Assembly: GCA_030390025.1 (NCBI GenBank)
Contig: CM059432.1
Coordinates: forward strand, 43,092,001 to 43,156,000
From: Squalus acanthias
Taxonomy: Eukaryota
Length of the DNA stretch: 64,000 nt
Reading direction: 5' to 3'
In this document: positions 48,383 through 60,907 of the stretch, one piece after another
Layout: each line of letters opens with the position of its first letter
Position numbering within the stretch: position 1 is the stretch's first letter
Program-made: the position numbers and the translations under genes
The notes under the pieces: model-generated
Told to the model about the DNA's origin: nothing
The model's input: the letters and a program-made list of their open reading frames with translations, nothing else
The model's database searches: none

Positions 48383-50974
48383 TTAGTCTTTAACTAAGGG
48401 CAGAGGGGTATACGAAAAACTTTAGTTAATTAATCTAACAACTAGAGGCATAGCAGGGCAGCACAGTCCTGTGAAATCCACATCCTGTGCCATGTGGGAA
48501 GTCCTGGATGCTTCGCGTAGCCAGCTGCAGCAACTGGAGCTCCTGGTTTCGGAGCTTGAGTGGCAACTGGAGTCACGGCGGTGCATCCGCGAGGCTGAGA
48601 ACTTCGTGGATAGCACGTTTCTAGAGGTGACCAACCCGCAGCTTAAGAGTGTGCAGGCAGAGAGGGAATGGGTGACCGCCAGACAGAAGGGGAAGACCAG
48701 GCAGGTTGTGCAGGAGTCCCCTGAGTGCATCTCGCTCTCCAACCAGTATTCTGTCCTGAGTACTGGTGAGGGCGATGGTTCCTCTGGGGAGTGCAGCCGG
48801 AGCCAAGTCCACGGCACCACGGGTGGCTCAGCTGCATGGAGGGGAGGAAGAAGAATGGAAGAGCAATCGTAGTGGTGGATTCGATAGTTAGGGGAGCAGA
48901 CAGGCGTTTCTGCATAAGTGACTCCAGGATGGTATATTGCCTCTCTGGTGCCAGGGTCAAGGATGTCACCGAGCGGCTGCAGTGCATTCTGGGGGGAGAG
49001 GGTGAACAGCCAGAGGTCGTTGTCCATATCGGTACCAATGACATAGGTAGAAAGAGGGATGAGGTCCTGCAGGCAGAGTTTAGGGAGCTAGGAAAGAGAT
49101 TAAAAAGCAGGACCTCAAAGGTAGTAATAGATTACTACCAGTGCCACGTGCTAATGAGTACAGAAATAGAAGGATAGAGCAGATGAATGTGTGGCTGGAG
49201 AGATGGTGCAGGTGGGAGGGCTTTAGGTTCCTGAGGCAGTGGGACCGTTTCTGGGGAAGGTGGGACCTGTACCAGCCAGACGGGTTACACCTCAACAGAG
49301 CTGGGACCAATATCCTCATGGGGGGGTTTGCTAGTGCTGTTGCGGGGGGGGGGGGGTTAAACTAGCTTGGCGGGGGAATGGGAACCTGAGAATAGATTCA
49401 GAAGGGAGAGAAGCAAAGTGAATTTGGAAGACAGAGGAAGCAAGGGCTAGAAAATAGACAACAAGGGAGTAAATGGTAGATACTTCAATGCAAGGAGTAT
49501 AGGGAATAAGGCAGATGAGCTGAGAGCACAGATAGACACTTGGGAGTATGATATTATAGCTTTTACTGAGACATGGCTGAACGAAGGGCAGGTATGGCAG
49601 CTCAACATTCCTGGTTACAGGGTTTTCCAACGGGATAGAGAGGGGGGTAAAAAAGGAGGGGGTGTCGCAGTATTGATTAAAGAAACAATTACAGCTGTGA
49701 GGAGGGATGATATGTTAGAAGGATAATCAAATGAGGCCATATGGGTTGAATTGAAGAACAAAAAAGGGGCGATCGCACTGCTGGGAGTGTACTATAGACC
49801 CCCAAACAGTCAGAGGGAGATAAAAGAGCAAATATGTAGGCAAATTGCTGAGAAGTGCAAAAACTATAGGGCAGTAATAGTAGGGGATTTCAACTACCCT
49901 AATATAAACTGAGATAAAATTAGTGTGAAAGGTATAGAGGGTGCGGAATTCCTAAAATGCATTCAGGAGAGCTTTTTTAGCCAGTATGTAACAAGCCCAA
50001 CAAGGGAGGGGGCAGTTCTGGACTTAGTTTTAGGGAATGAAGCTGGGCAGGTGGAAGGGGTATCAGTGGGAGAGCATTTTGGTGGTAGTGATCATAATTC
50101 AGTTAGATTTAGGGTAGTTATGGAAAAGGACAAAGATAGACCAGGAATAAAAGTTTGCAATTGGGGAAAAGCCAATTTTGCTAAGCTGAGATGGGATTTA
50201 GCCAAAGTGGACTGGAAACAACTACTTGAAGGTAAATCAGTGTCAGAGTAGTGGGAGGCATTCAAGGAGGAGATCCTGAGGATCCAGTGCAAGTATGTTC
50301 CCTTAAAGAAAAAGGGTGGGACTAACAAATCTAGAGCCCCCTGGATGTCAAGGGACATACAGGGTAGGATAAAGAAAAAAGGGAGGCTTATGACAGATAC
50401 CGAGGGGTGACTACTACAGAAACCCTAGAGCAGTATAGAAAGTGCAGGGGTGAAATTAAAAATGAAATTAGGAAAGCAAAGAGAGGGCATGAAAAAATAT
50501 TGGCAAATAAAATCAAGGAAAACCCAAAGATGTTTTATAAATACATTAAGAGCAAGAGGATAACTAAAGAAAGAGTAGGGCCTATTAGAGACCATAAAGA
50601 TAATCTGTGTGTGGAGGCGGAAGACATGGGCATGGTTCTTAATGAATACTTTGCATCTGTTTTCACAAAAGAGAGGGGCGATGCAGACATTGCAATCAGG
50701 GAGGAGGCGTGTGAAATATTAAATGAAATAAACATAGTGAGAGAGGAAGTATTAAGGGGCTTAGCAGCTTTGAAAGTGGATAAATCCGCAGGCCTGGATG
50801 AAATGTATCCCAGGCTGTTAAGAGAAGCAAAAGAGGAAATAGCAGAGGCTCTGACCATCATTTTCCAATCCTCATACAATAGCAAAATACTGCGGATGCT
50901 GGAAATCTGAAATAACAACAGAAAATGCTTGAAACACTCAGCAAGCCAGGCAGCATCTGTGGAGAGAGAAACAG

Positions 50975-51011
50975 AGTTAATGTTTCAGGTCGATGACCCT
51001 TCATCAGAACT
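50975..51011 (-). ncRNA. Minimal hammerhead ribozyme motif, degenerate
   Basis: Minus strand agtt-CTGATGA-agggtcatcgacct-GAAA-catt-aact. Confidence 0.55.
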
Positions 51012-51430
51012 GGAAAAAGTTGGAGATGTAACAGGTTTTAACACCTCCGTTCAGTCCATAAGGGTGACCCCGAGCTTCCGGTCGATTGTCACTTTATTTC
51101 TCCCCTCCACTCCCACTCTGACCGCTCTGTCCTCGGCCTCTTACACTGTTCCAATGAAGTTCAACGTAAGCTCAAGGAACAGCACCTCATCTTTCGATTA
51201 GGCACTTTACAGCCTTCTGGACTCAACATTGAGTTCAACAATTTCAGACTATAACCCCCCATTTTTTCAGGCGGCAGCTGTTGATGATTCTGCCATCCCC
51301 ATTTGCAACATTTTATCTCTCCTGAGTTCAATCCTAGCACAGATGATGCCTTTAGTTCCTTTCTCCCCTCCCCTCCCCCCTTTCCTGCCTCTGCACCTGC
51401 TTAAAACCTGTTACATCTCCAAATTTTTCC

Positions 51431-51467
51431 AGTTCTGATGAAGGGTCATCGACCTGAAATGTTAACT
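51431..51467 (+). ncRNA. Minimal hammerhead ribozyme motif
   Basis: agtt-CTGATGA-agggtcatcgacct-GAAA-tgtt-aact. Confidence 0.6.
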
Positions 51468-52270
51468 CTGTTTCTCTCTCCACGGATGCTGCCTGGCCTG
51501 CTGAGTGTTTCCAGCATTTTCTTTTTTCCAATCCTCTCTGGCTACAGATGTGGTGCTGGAGGACTGGAGGACTGCTAACGTTGTACCTTTGTTTAAAAAT
51601 GGAGAAAGGGATAGACCGAGTAATTACAGGACAGTCAGCCTAACCTCGATGGTGGGAAAATTATTGGAAAAAGTTCTGAGGGACAGGATAAATCTTCATT
51701 TAGAAAGACATGGATTAATCAAGGACAGTCAGCATGGATTTGTTAAGGGAAGGTTGTGTCTGACTAACTTGATTGTATTTTTTGAGCAGGTAACAAGGAG
51801 GGTCAATGAGGGTAGTGCGTTTGATGTAGTGTATATGGATTTTAGCAAGGCTTTTGATAAGGTCCCTCATGGCAGACTGGGCACAAAAGTAAAAGCCCAT
51901 GGAATCCAGGGCAAAGTGGCAAGTTGGATCCGAAATTGGCTCAGAGGCAGGACGCAAAGGGTAATGGTTGATGGGTGTTTTTGTGACTGGAGGCTGTTTC
52001 CAGTGGGGTTCCGCAGGGCTCAGTACTAGGTCCCTTGCTTTTTGTGGTATATATCAATGATTTAGACTTGAATGTAGGGGGTATGATTAAGAAGTTTGCA
52101 GATGATACTAAAATCGGCTGTGTGGTTGATACTGAAGAAGGAAGCTGTAGACTGCAGGAAGATATCAATGGACTGGTCAGGTGGGAAGAACAGTGGCAAA
52201 TGGAATTCAATCCGGAGAAGTGTGAGGTAATGCATTTGGGGAGGGCTAACAAGGAAAGGGAATACACATT

Positions 52271-53035
52271 GGGCCAGAAATTCGGCTCCCTGGCTTCCCG
52301 CGGGTGCAAGGATCGTGCGCGCACCTACCTACCGCGCCTGCCATTGACCTCTAGGCCCGCGGGGAATTTGGCTCCTGGGCCTCCTCCAGCTGCCGGCGCG
52401 CAGGGCTTGTGTATCCCAGGGGCGTAGTTAGTGCGATGTGTCCCCTGGGATCACGTGGGCCATGGAGAGCCAATGGCAGTAGGCCATCTTTCATTCATAG
52501 ATTTGACAGGTCTTCCTGTCAAATCTATGAATACAAATCGGCCCCAAAACCTCCCTAAAACTACACATAAATTTAAAAAAAACATCACATTTTTAAAATA
52601 ACTATAAATAACATAAATTAACTATTTTAAACAAAAATTAAAATTTTTGAAAAAAATAATTACACTTTTTAACAGGGCTAAAACTAAACTTACCTTTCTT
52701 TAAAGTAATTAAAAAAGATAAATCTGTGAAAAAAATGTTTAAATTTGAATAAAATCACCACTTACCTTGTTAAAAGAAGGCCTTGCGCCTCCTTTTTCAA
52801 AGTGTATCTTCTCCGTGCTTACCCTCACGGAGGAACCTGTAAAAAAAAACGAAGTGCGAGGTCCACGCGCAGCCTCTCTGGCATGCGCGTTCGACCTCTG
52901 AACCCCTTCCTTCAGGGGAACGGAAGTGCCGGTTTCCCACGCATGCGCAGTGCATGCAAGAAACCGGCACTTTCGTTCCGTCCACGGGTGAGTACATAGT
53001 GCGTACTCACCCGTGGCGAGCCTAATTTCTGCCTC
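52271..53035. mobile_element. Harbinger-type MITE family X, copy C, inserted in CR1
   Basis: GGGCCAGAAATT / AATTTCTGCCTC. TSD ATT (52268-52270, 53036-53038). Confidence 0.9.
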
Positions 53036-53532
53036 ATTAAATGGTAGAGTGCAGGTCCACAGATCCCTGAAGGTAGCAGGCCAAGTAGATAAGGTGGTTA
53101 AGAAGGCATACGGAATACTAGCCTTTATTAGCCGAGGCATAGAATACAAGAGCAGGGAGATTATGCTTGAACTGTATAAAACACTAGTTAGGCCACAGCT
53201 AGAGTACTGCGTGCGGTTCTGGTCACCACATTACAGGAAAGATATGATTGCACTAGAGAGGGCACAGAGGAGATTTATGAGGATGTTGCCTAGACTGGAG
53301 AAGCTCACCATGAAAACCCAGTGTTCAGCAGACTGACAGAGGTGCTGTCAGCACCTTTTAAAGGGACACACACATCTTTCAGGTAAGTCTGCATTTAAGC
53401 TTTTGGACTGGATTTTTAAAATTTTATTTATGTAGTGGCTTGATGCAATACATGTTAAAAGTTTTTTAAGTGTGCAGGAATGCTACTAGATGTGTGCAAG
53501 GCCTCAGAATGTAAAGGAAGGCCTCTGAGGAG

Positions 53533-53672
53533 ACAGAAAATGCTGGAAATATTCAGCAGGTCAGGCAACATCTGTGGAGAGAGAAACAGCATTCACGTCT
53601 CAGGTCGAGATGCTGCCTGACCTGCTGAGTATTTCCAGCATTTTATGCTTTTATTTCAGATTTACAGCATCC
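53533..53672. mobile_element. Penelope-derived fold-back mini element
   Basis: ~37-bp inverted arms aaaatgctggaaatattcagcaggtcaggca.catct / agatgctgcctgacctgctgagtatttccagcatttt. Confidence 0.7.
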
Positions 53673-54382
53673 ACTCGCAGAGGGAAGAGGAAGACACTGA
53701 AGAGGAAGAAGCAGAAGAGGAAGAAGCAGAAGAGGAAGAAGCAGAAGGACGGAAGCAACCCAGACAGCCCCTTTCTGGCCGGGATATCCAGGATGGAATC
53801 ATCCGTCTGCAGTACCAGTGACCACAACCCCAATTCCCCTTTCAACATTTGTCCCACACCTTACCTTCCCACTGTTACTGACCATCACAGCGTCCTCTTG
53901 GCCATGATGCTGAAATAAAATCCACCACAAAGGAAACTTTCCAATCCAACTTTATACATCTATCCATCCAATATGACATCAAGAAATCAACTCATCACCC
54001 TTATGCATTCCCTTAGTGATTGTCTTGTGTGTGCCGTTGCATATCCCACTGATGTCACGCAGTGCTACCCCAGTGGCTGCAGCATGGCTGGTGGAAGGCT
54101 GCTGACTTTCAGTGGGGGACACTGCAAATGCCCTTGCTGGTCGACCTTGAGGAGCTGGTGGCTGGGAGTGTCGTCCGGCACTATACCTTTAGCCAGAGAA
54201 GATTGGAAAATGATTGTCAGAGCATCTGCCAAACCCTATTCTTGCTGAAACAAAGTTCTCTTTCTCGTCCTACCTTCCCACTCCTCTTTCCATCTCTCTC
54301 TCACTCCCTCACCCCGCCGCTACTCTCCTCTCCTACTTCTTATATATATATAAAACACACTTGCGGAAGTAAATTTTCTAAG

Positions 54383-54483
<101 letters not shown>

Positions 54484-55026
54484 GTAGAGAGAAAGAATGT
54501 GAGCCTGTAATGGTGTTATGATTGAACACTGAAGCTCCATTCGGTTGAGTGTGACGACATCTGCTGCAAGTTTATTGACTAATGTTGACTACTGGAAAAG
54601 CACAATTATTATGCATTTAGTACGTGAGTTGCAGACTAAAATAAACCACCTGATCTCCTGTCTCAATATATCAATAAATATGAAATTTCACAGCACTGAT
54701 TTAATTTATTGGACTGGATTTTGCTTAGACTTGCACGTACCCATAGGACTGGATTTTGTCATTGGGGGTGGGTTGGGGTCGGGTCAGGTGGTCGGCGGGT
54801 CCGGACCCCGCCTCCAATGTGAGGCTGGACAAATGAGCAATTTTGCCTGAATTGGGCACTTGATTTCCAGTGTGTGGGAACCCCTGGCCCAATGAGTCTT
54901 TTGATGCTGAAACTCACCTCTGATGACATCATCTATGCAGCTGCATTTAAGGCCTGCAAGCAGCCTTGGTTCTTTTTCAGCCTTTCAACTTTAGCATAAT
55001 GCTTCTGAGGGATTCGTGCTCCAACC

Positions 55027-57033
55027 ATGTCCAGCACCAGACCAAAGTGTGCATCCCGTTTCGATGAGAACTCCCTCCAAGCTCTGGTGGAGGGAGCAAG
55101 AGCGAATAGGGAAGTGCTGTTTCCTTCTTCAGGGAGGAAAAAGCCTCCCCAACAGACCAAAGCTGTGTGGTTGCAAGTGGCACAGGAGGTGAATGCAATT
55201 TCAATGTGCAGCAGAACCTGGCTGCAGTGCAGAAAGAGGTTTCATGACCTTCTCCTCACAGGAAAAGTGAGTATTCCATCCACATGACCCTCAATCTGAT
55301 CCCCAGCGCCTCTCATCACCAGCACTCTGCTTTGTCAACCTCCTCCTCCACGTCCACTTCACCCTTACATCCCTGCACCCTTAACCATTCCCTCTCTCTG
55401 TATGTTCACATTCACTTAACTATTCGACTATGCAGCCCTCATACTCCCTATCACTGTGATGCAATGGCAACAACTTACAACACACAGGGAGGGCCCTTGG
55501 TCTTGGCACCTCACTCCATCTCTCTGTCCTTCTAAGCATCTATGCTATGGATTCTCTACACTCACTCCTTCATTCTCACTCAAATTCCACTTGTGTCCCT
55601 CATTGCAGGAAAAGAGAGCCCACAATAAGAGGGAGAGGGCGAGGACAGGAGGAGGGCCACCCTCAATAGCCCAGCTCACCACTGCAAAGGAGGCAGCCCT
55701 GGAGATCGTGGGAGTCGAGGAGGATGCGCAAGTGAGGGACGGACAGACGGGCGCATCAGAGCAAGCAGGTGACAGAATAGTTTTTCATCTCTCTCATTGA
55801 CATTGCATGAGTGACTGATTTTGATTTTAATGCTCTAACAGATTGACTTATGATCATCTGCACAATTCAATGTGCATGCAACGTTTATCTCACATGTCTA
55901 ACTCTTTCCTTTACTCTCCCACAGGACCATCGACAGCCCCCCTCCCCACTGTCCAGGGGGAACAGCCTGAGCCCCCAGACTCCTCAGCGGAAGCTGCAAA
56001 CTCTGAGGGTGCAGCGTCAGCAGAATTAAGCGCACCCAGCACCAGCGCAGACACTCACACCTTGGTGGGACCTTCGGGACATAGAGTAGTGTTGTCACCT
56101 GGTGTATCACAGCTCACAAGTGAGCATCAGCAGATGGTGGAGACAGGGACAGCAGTGGAGAGTCCTGGTCGGAGGGCGCAGGTCTCTCCCAGCTCGGCTC
56201 AGCTGCATGTCGACTCTGTGCCTCCGGGTCCATCCAGAAGGGGAGCGGTGCTGGAACTCCAGGAGCAGGTGCAGGAGTCTCTGGCAGGTTTTGTCTCCAG
56301 GGTCACTGTGAGTGTGGAGCGAATGGAGGAGTCCATCGCGAACATGAGCAGAGCCTTTGTGGAGGCGTTGGTGCATGAACGCATCACCAAGGAAAGGATG
56401 GCAACCTCCGTGGAAAGGATGGCTAGCTCCGTGGTAAGGCTGGCTACTGTAAAGGAGAGGATGGCTATGGTAGAGGAGAGGATGGCAACGGCCATGGAGG
56501 AGCTTAGTCGCCAGGGTCTTGAAAACATGGTCATTGTTCAGAATAGACTGACATCTCTGGAGGAGCAATGGTCAGCTATTGAGCAGAGAAACCAGACCTT
56601 CATGGAAGTCCTCTGGAGTAGGACTTCCAGTGCAGAAATGGGTCCTTATGGTCCCCCTGAAGTGCAGCAAGGTGCTGTCAAGCCACTTGCTAGCTCTGAA
56701 GTGGGGCTGACCCATGAGAGGGATGTTGGTGGCAGAGAACAATGAAGTGGAGGCTCCTCTCTAAGTGCTCACACGACCATGCCGCTGCAGAGCCCTCGGT
56801 CAGAGCCCCACCAGAGTCCTCACCCAACTGAGATTGGAGTCTCAGCCCCTGCACAGCTGCAGGAGCAGCAGACTGTTGCCGAGCCCTCACAGGCTCGCAA
56901 CCCCAGAGGATGCCCGCCAAAGGTGTCGAGGCAGGAGCAGCAAGAAAGTGAGCAAGGGGCCTCCACATCTGCTGAAGCCACAGGGGAAGCACCACGTAGG
57001 AGCACGCATAAGAGGAAAATAAAGCACAAGTAG
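55027..57033 (+). pseudogene. Harbinger Myb/SANT gene (exons 55027-55266, 55609-55768, 55925-57033) with one nonsense codon
   Basis: Same splice structure as copy 1. GGA>TGA at 56743-56745, and the frame continues to 57033. Confidence 0.85.
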
Positions 57034-57291
57034 TCACAAGGGTAGTCACTTGGCTGTTCTGTTGTGTTTATTTTTGAAAAGACAACCGTGAATTTATATG
57101 ATAAAAAAACTTGATGGCAAACTGTTGAAGTTGTGGGCTGTGTCATTTCGCAAATGGGACTTCCACATTGAGGGCTTAGGGCGGCTTGCAACTGTCAGTA
57201 TGGTGTTCAGAGTGATAGGAATCCGCAAGTTCTTGTCCATTGTCGATGGTCTGGTAAGAAGCTGTGAGTCAAAAGTGTTTGATTGGGCAGC

Positions 57292-58553
57292 CTAAGCAAA
57301 TCTGTCCAAGATGAGTGCATCCCTTGCATCCTGGGCAGCAATGTGCTCGCGTGCAGCTGCGGCTGGTTGATGCGCCTCCGCAAGCTGTTCGTTGTCGCTC
57401 TCCTCCTCCTCCTCCTCCTCATCATCATCCTCGTCCTCATCTGAGGAGGTTATGCGATGAGCCACTTGTACCTCAGGCAGCTGCAAGTCACGATGCTGTG
57501 CCATGTTGTGAAGTGCACAGCAGACCACGACCATTCTGGAGACCCTGGCTGCTGATTACTGCAGGGCTCCACCTGATCTATCAAGGCATCTGAATCGCAT
57601 CTTCAGTAAGCCGATGGTTTGCTCGATTATGGATCTGGTGGAAATGTGGCTGGAGTTGTAGCACTCCTCAGCTTTGTTGGATGGCCTCCTCAACGGCATC
57701 ATTAGCCACGTCTTCAGGGGATAGCCGTTGTCTCCAAGTAGCCATCCGAAAAGTTGGTCTGGCAGACTGAAGAGCGGAGGCACACTAGGCTGCCGCAGGA
57801 TGAAGGAGTCATGGCAACTGCCAGGGTACTTGGCGCCAACATGCAAAATTTCCTTCTTGTGGTCACACACCAGCTGCACGTTGAGGGAGTGGAAGCCCTT
57901 GCGGTTGACAAAAATACCTGAATTGTGATGGGGTGCCTTAAGGTCCACATGTGCGCAGTCAACGATGCCCTGCACCCTTGGAAAGCCTGCCAGATTAGCT
58001 AATCCAACCGCACGCGCGGTTACACTTGCTTGATCCTTGGAGAAGTTGATGTAATTGTGCACGATGGCAAAGAGGGCATCGGTTACCTGCATGATGCAAG
58101 TGTGTGCGGCCGCCTTGGAGATGCCGCTGATGTCTGCTGTTGATCCCTGGGATGAGCCTGAAGCAAAAAAGTTGATTGCGGTGGTGACTTTGACGGCCAC
58201 TGGTAAGGGGTGTCCACCCGCTCCTCTGGGCTCCAGGTCTTGCTGCAGCATTGCGCAGATGTTGCCCACTACCTCTCACAAAAGTCTGAGCCTCCTTTGG
58301 CACTGCTGCTCAATCATGTCGAGGTAGCTCATCCTCTGTCTGTAAACACTGTTTTGGGGTAACTCCTGCGGCGACGTGCTTCCATGCGCTGGCGCCTTCT
58401 GGCCTGTGCAGCTTCAGGTGGGTGAGCAGCAGCTTGGAGCTCCTGTTGTTGCTCCTGCTGTTGGTGCTGCTGTTGTTCCGGGTTCTGCTGCTGCCGCGGC
58501 TGGTCTTCGTCCGAATCTGATGTCCAGGAGCAAAGGAAATAAATGGTTCCCAT
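57292..58553 (-). pseudogene. Harbinger DDE transposase, disrupted
   Basis: GIVDCAH..NRKGFHS..GSCHDSF..LLGDNGY..IEQTIG. Frameshift ~58350 and stop at 57556. Confidence 0.92.
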
Positions 58554-60529
58554 TCTTCTGGTATATACCTCAGTTGAGGAAGCGCTCAGTCAAGGTGGGG
58601 AGAGGGGTTTCCCAGGAGGTCACACTGCAGATGGATCTCAGCCTCAAAACTTTCACAATGAGTAGACCTGCTAAAAGTTCTCCCAGACCTGAGAAAACAA
58701 AGTTCTGCCACCTGCAAATGATCAGTGTTGAAAAGCCCTTTTTAATGGTGGAGCTGCAGCTGTTAGTAAGCAATCTACTTGTGAGCCCGCCAGGATTAAC
58801 TGGCGTGTTCCAGAGGAGACGTGCAGCACGTGGGGAAATGTGTTAAACTTAGAAAGGCCTCTCAAAATGGCATTATAGAGGCAATTAAGTGCTTGTTAAG
58901 GGCCTATCCCGCCTCTTGGAGGCAGGATCGAAACGGGGTCTGAAAGCCTGCTTTTTGGAAAATTGCTCAGAGACGGGTTGGAGGCGGGATCGGAGCTGCC
59001 CGCCATTTTTGCGAATTTAACACCTCACACGCCTCCAAACCCGCCTCCTCGGGCCTGGCAAAATCTAGTCCATAGACTTTCCATGAGCTTTTGCAAGGCA
59101 AGTTGCTGTCAGCGTGGCATCCAAATGGCACGGCGCCCTCTACAGGGCATCTGGGACCTGTGCGAAAAGGGCAAGCAACTGTGTAGCTCTTTAACTAATC
59201 AGATTGAAGAATTGTTAATGAGCAGCGCAGAGTCTGAACCAGGAATTGTAAGTTCGAATAGTGAATTTAATGTCAAATCAGTTACAGAAAGAAAAATAAA
59301 GAGAGGGAAAGAAAGATTGGATTAAGAGTGAGAGAAAAAAGAGAGAGAAAAAAAAAATTATTTTCATTTTAAAATTAATCTCCAACAATAATTAAAATCT
59401 GAAGGAATGAGACTCCACATTTGTTAAATTAATTTTCAGTGCCTCAGAGATTATTTGGCAGTAATTAAGACTTAGCACACTGTTAAAAGGGTACTTAGAC
59501 TGGAATGACTTGCCTTAACTTTTTGTGGCAAGTTTAGTCCGTATCTATGATGTCAGTTCTGGAAATTTACACTGTTCAATACAGCGAGATGTCTTTTTTG
59601 CGCAGCTTACGGAGGAACGGCACATAATGGACAGTAACTTTCAGATTTTCGTGTTTAAATTGCACATGTGCACTTGCCGGAAGTTACTGTCCGATTTGCA
59701 CATAAATAATGGTGAGCGCTGTTAGCCTCAACATTATTTTCACAGCAAAATCCGACCCGTTATCATTTTTATTTAGGTTTTTTTTCAGTTCGTAAAGATA
59801 TATCAATCAAAATTCTGTTTTTAACATTTTAACTGTTAGTAAAATTTTTGTATTGTCTCAGGAAAAGACTCCAGCTCTGGAAATAGAGATGCTGAGTTTC
59901 TGCAGGGTGCTGTAAACTCCAATTACAGTACATAAGCTAATATTTCAGGCAAATAAGAATAATAGCGTTCATTTCTAAGATTGCATGGAGTGTAAGGTGA
60001 TGTTGTTTACCTGCTTTTCTCTTTCATTTTGATTAACTACCAACAATTACAATTAAAGTCAGGCTAGTATTACATAAGACATTCAGATATTTAAAAAAAA
60101 TACCTCAATTGGATTTTGGAAAGAGCTCCTTTGTTACTCTGTGTACAGAATCAACATTATCTGGAGAACACTACAGATGCTCTGCATAATTTAATATCTT
60201 GAAACGTGTTAAGTTATATTCATCCTGTATTATGTTTAATACTGCTCATCCAAATTTGTAGGGAGTTGATCATTTATCCCCGAAGTGTTAAAACTCCATT
60301 TACAAAACATACTGGTCATGTTCTTGTTGTGAACAAGTTGTAACTTCAGCCAACAAAGCTGAGACTCATCAGGATTTGTCCTTGTTTACAAGTTATTGTT
60401 AAATCTTACTTTGTGTGGTGAGTTGGAAAGAAAATATTTCCTGTTAATAGTATGTTTCATTCATTCTGTGTTTCAGCTAGCCAATTACCAGTTGCATTGA
60501 AATAAATAATGGAGTAGTAAATATAGTCC

Positions 60530-60730
60530 CATAGCCCTTCCATTAGATGCTGAAAAGGCATTCAATAACGTTGAATATCTGTTCCATACCCTGGAGAAAT
60601 TAGGCTTCAGCTCCCATATCATCAATTGCATAAAAACAGCTCGCGCAACTTTTTTGTAACTTTAACTACATCAAATGGTATCATCTTACATTCATTTGAG
60701 TTGGATAAGGCCATCTGACAAGGATTCATT
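60530..60730 (+). mobile_element. Ancient L1-clade RT fragment
   Basis: Translates LDAEKAFNNVEYLFHTLEKLGFS..IINCIK (L1-type LDAEKAFD..YLF..L.K.GF). Confidence 0.6.
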
Positions 60731-60907
60731 GCAGAGAATTGCCCGTTGTGCGTGCATCTCTGGAAATTGCAGGAACACGCTCCATGATTTTCCTTGGAGC
60801 CGCTACCTGCAAATTCCTGATAAGCACTTCAGGCTTCACAAGACACACGTCAGAAAATTGGCCCTTATTTGTGGCCCCGATGACTCCAAGGTAAGCACCT
60901 GTATAGC

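Larger units (their letters stand above)
50874..51523. mobile_element. Penelope 5'-truncated insertion with inverted terminal repeat (fold-back)
   Basis: ~120-bp inverted arms (50920-51040 vs 51400-51521) around a GIY-YIG C-terminal fragment. 13-bp TSD TTTTCCAATCCTC (50861-50873, 51524-51536). Confidence 0.85.
48410..53303 (+). mobile_element. CR1 LINE, near full length (ORF1 Zn-finger/esterase, ORF2 APE-RT), decayed, two insertions
   Basis: CAMWEV, DSIVRG..VVVHIGTNDIG, GLHLN, SDHNSVRF, MDFSKAFD, KFADDTK, LVRPQLEYC. Confidence 0.93.
54746..59071. mobile_element. PIF/Harbinger transposon, full length (copy 2, relative of copy 1)
   Basis: TIR GGACTGGATTTTGTCA / TGGCAAAATCTAGTCC (14/16). TSD ATA (54743-54745, 59072-59074). 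Collinear with 628-4912. Confidence 0.95.
54711..59758 (+). mobile_element. Non-autonomous Harbinger-type element hosting Harbinger-2
   Basis: Ends GGACTGGATTTTGCT / AGCAAAATCCGACCC. Flanks ATT/GTT. Homologous to 17469-18930. Confidence 0.65.
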
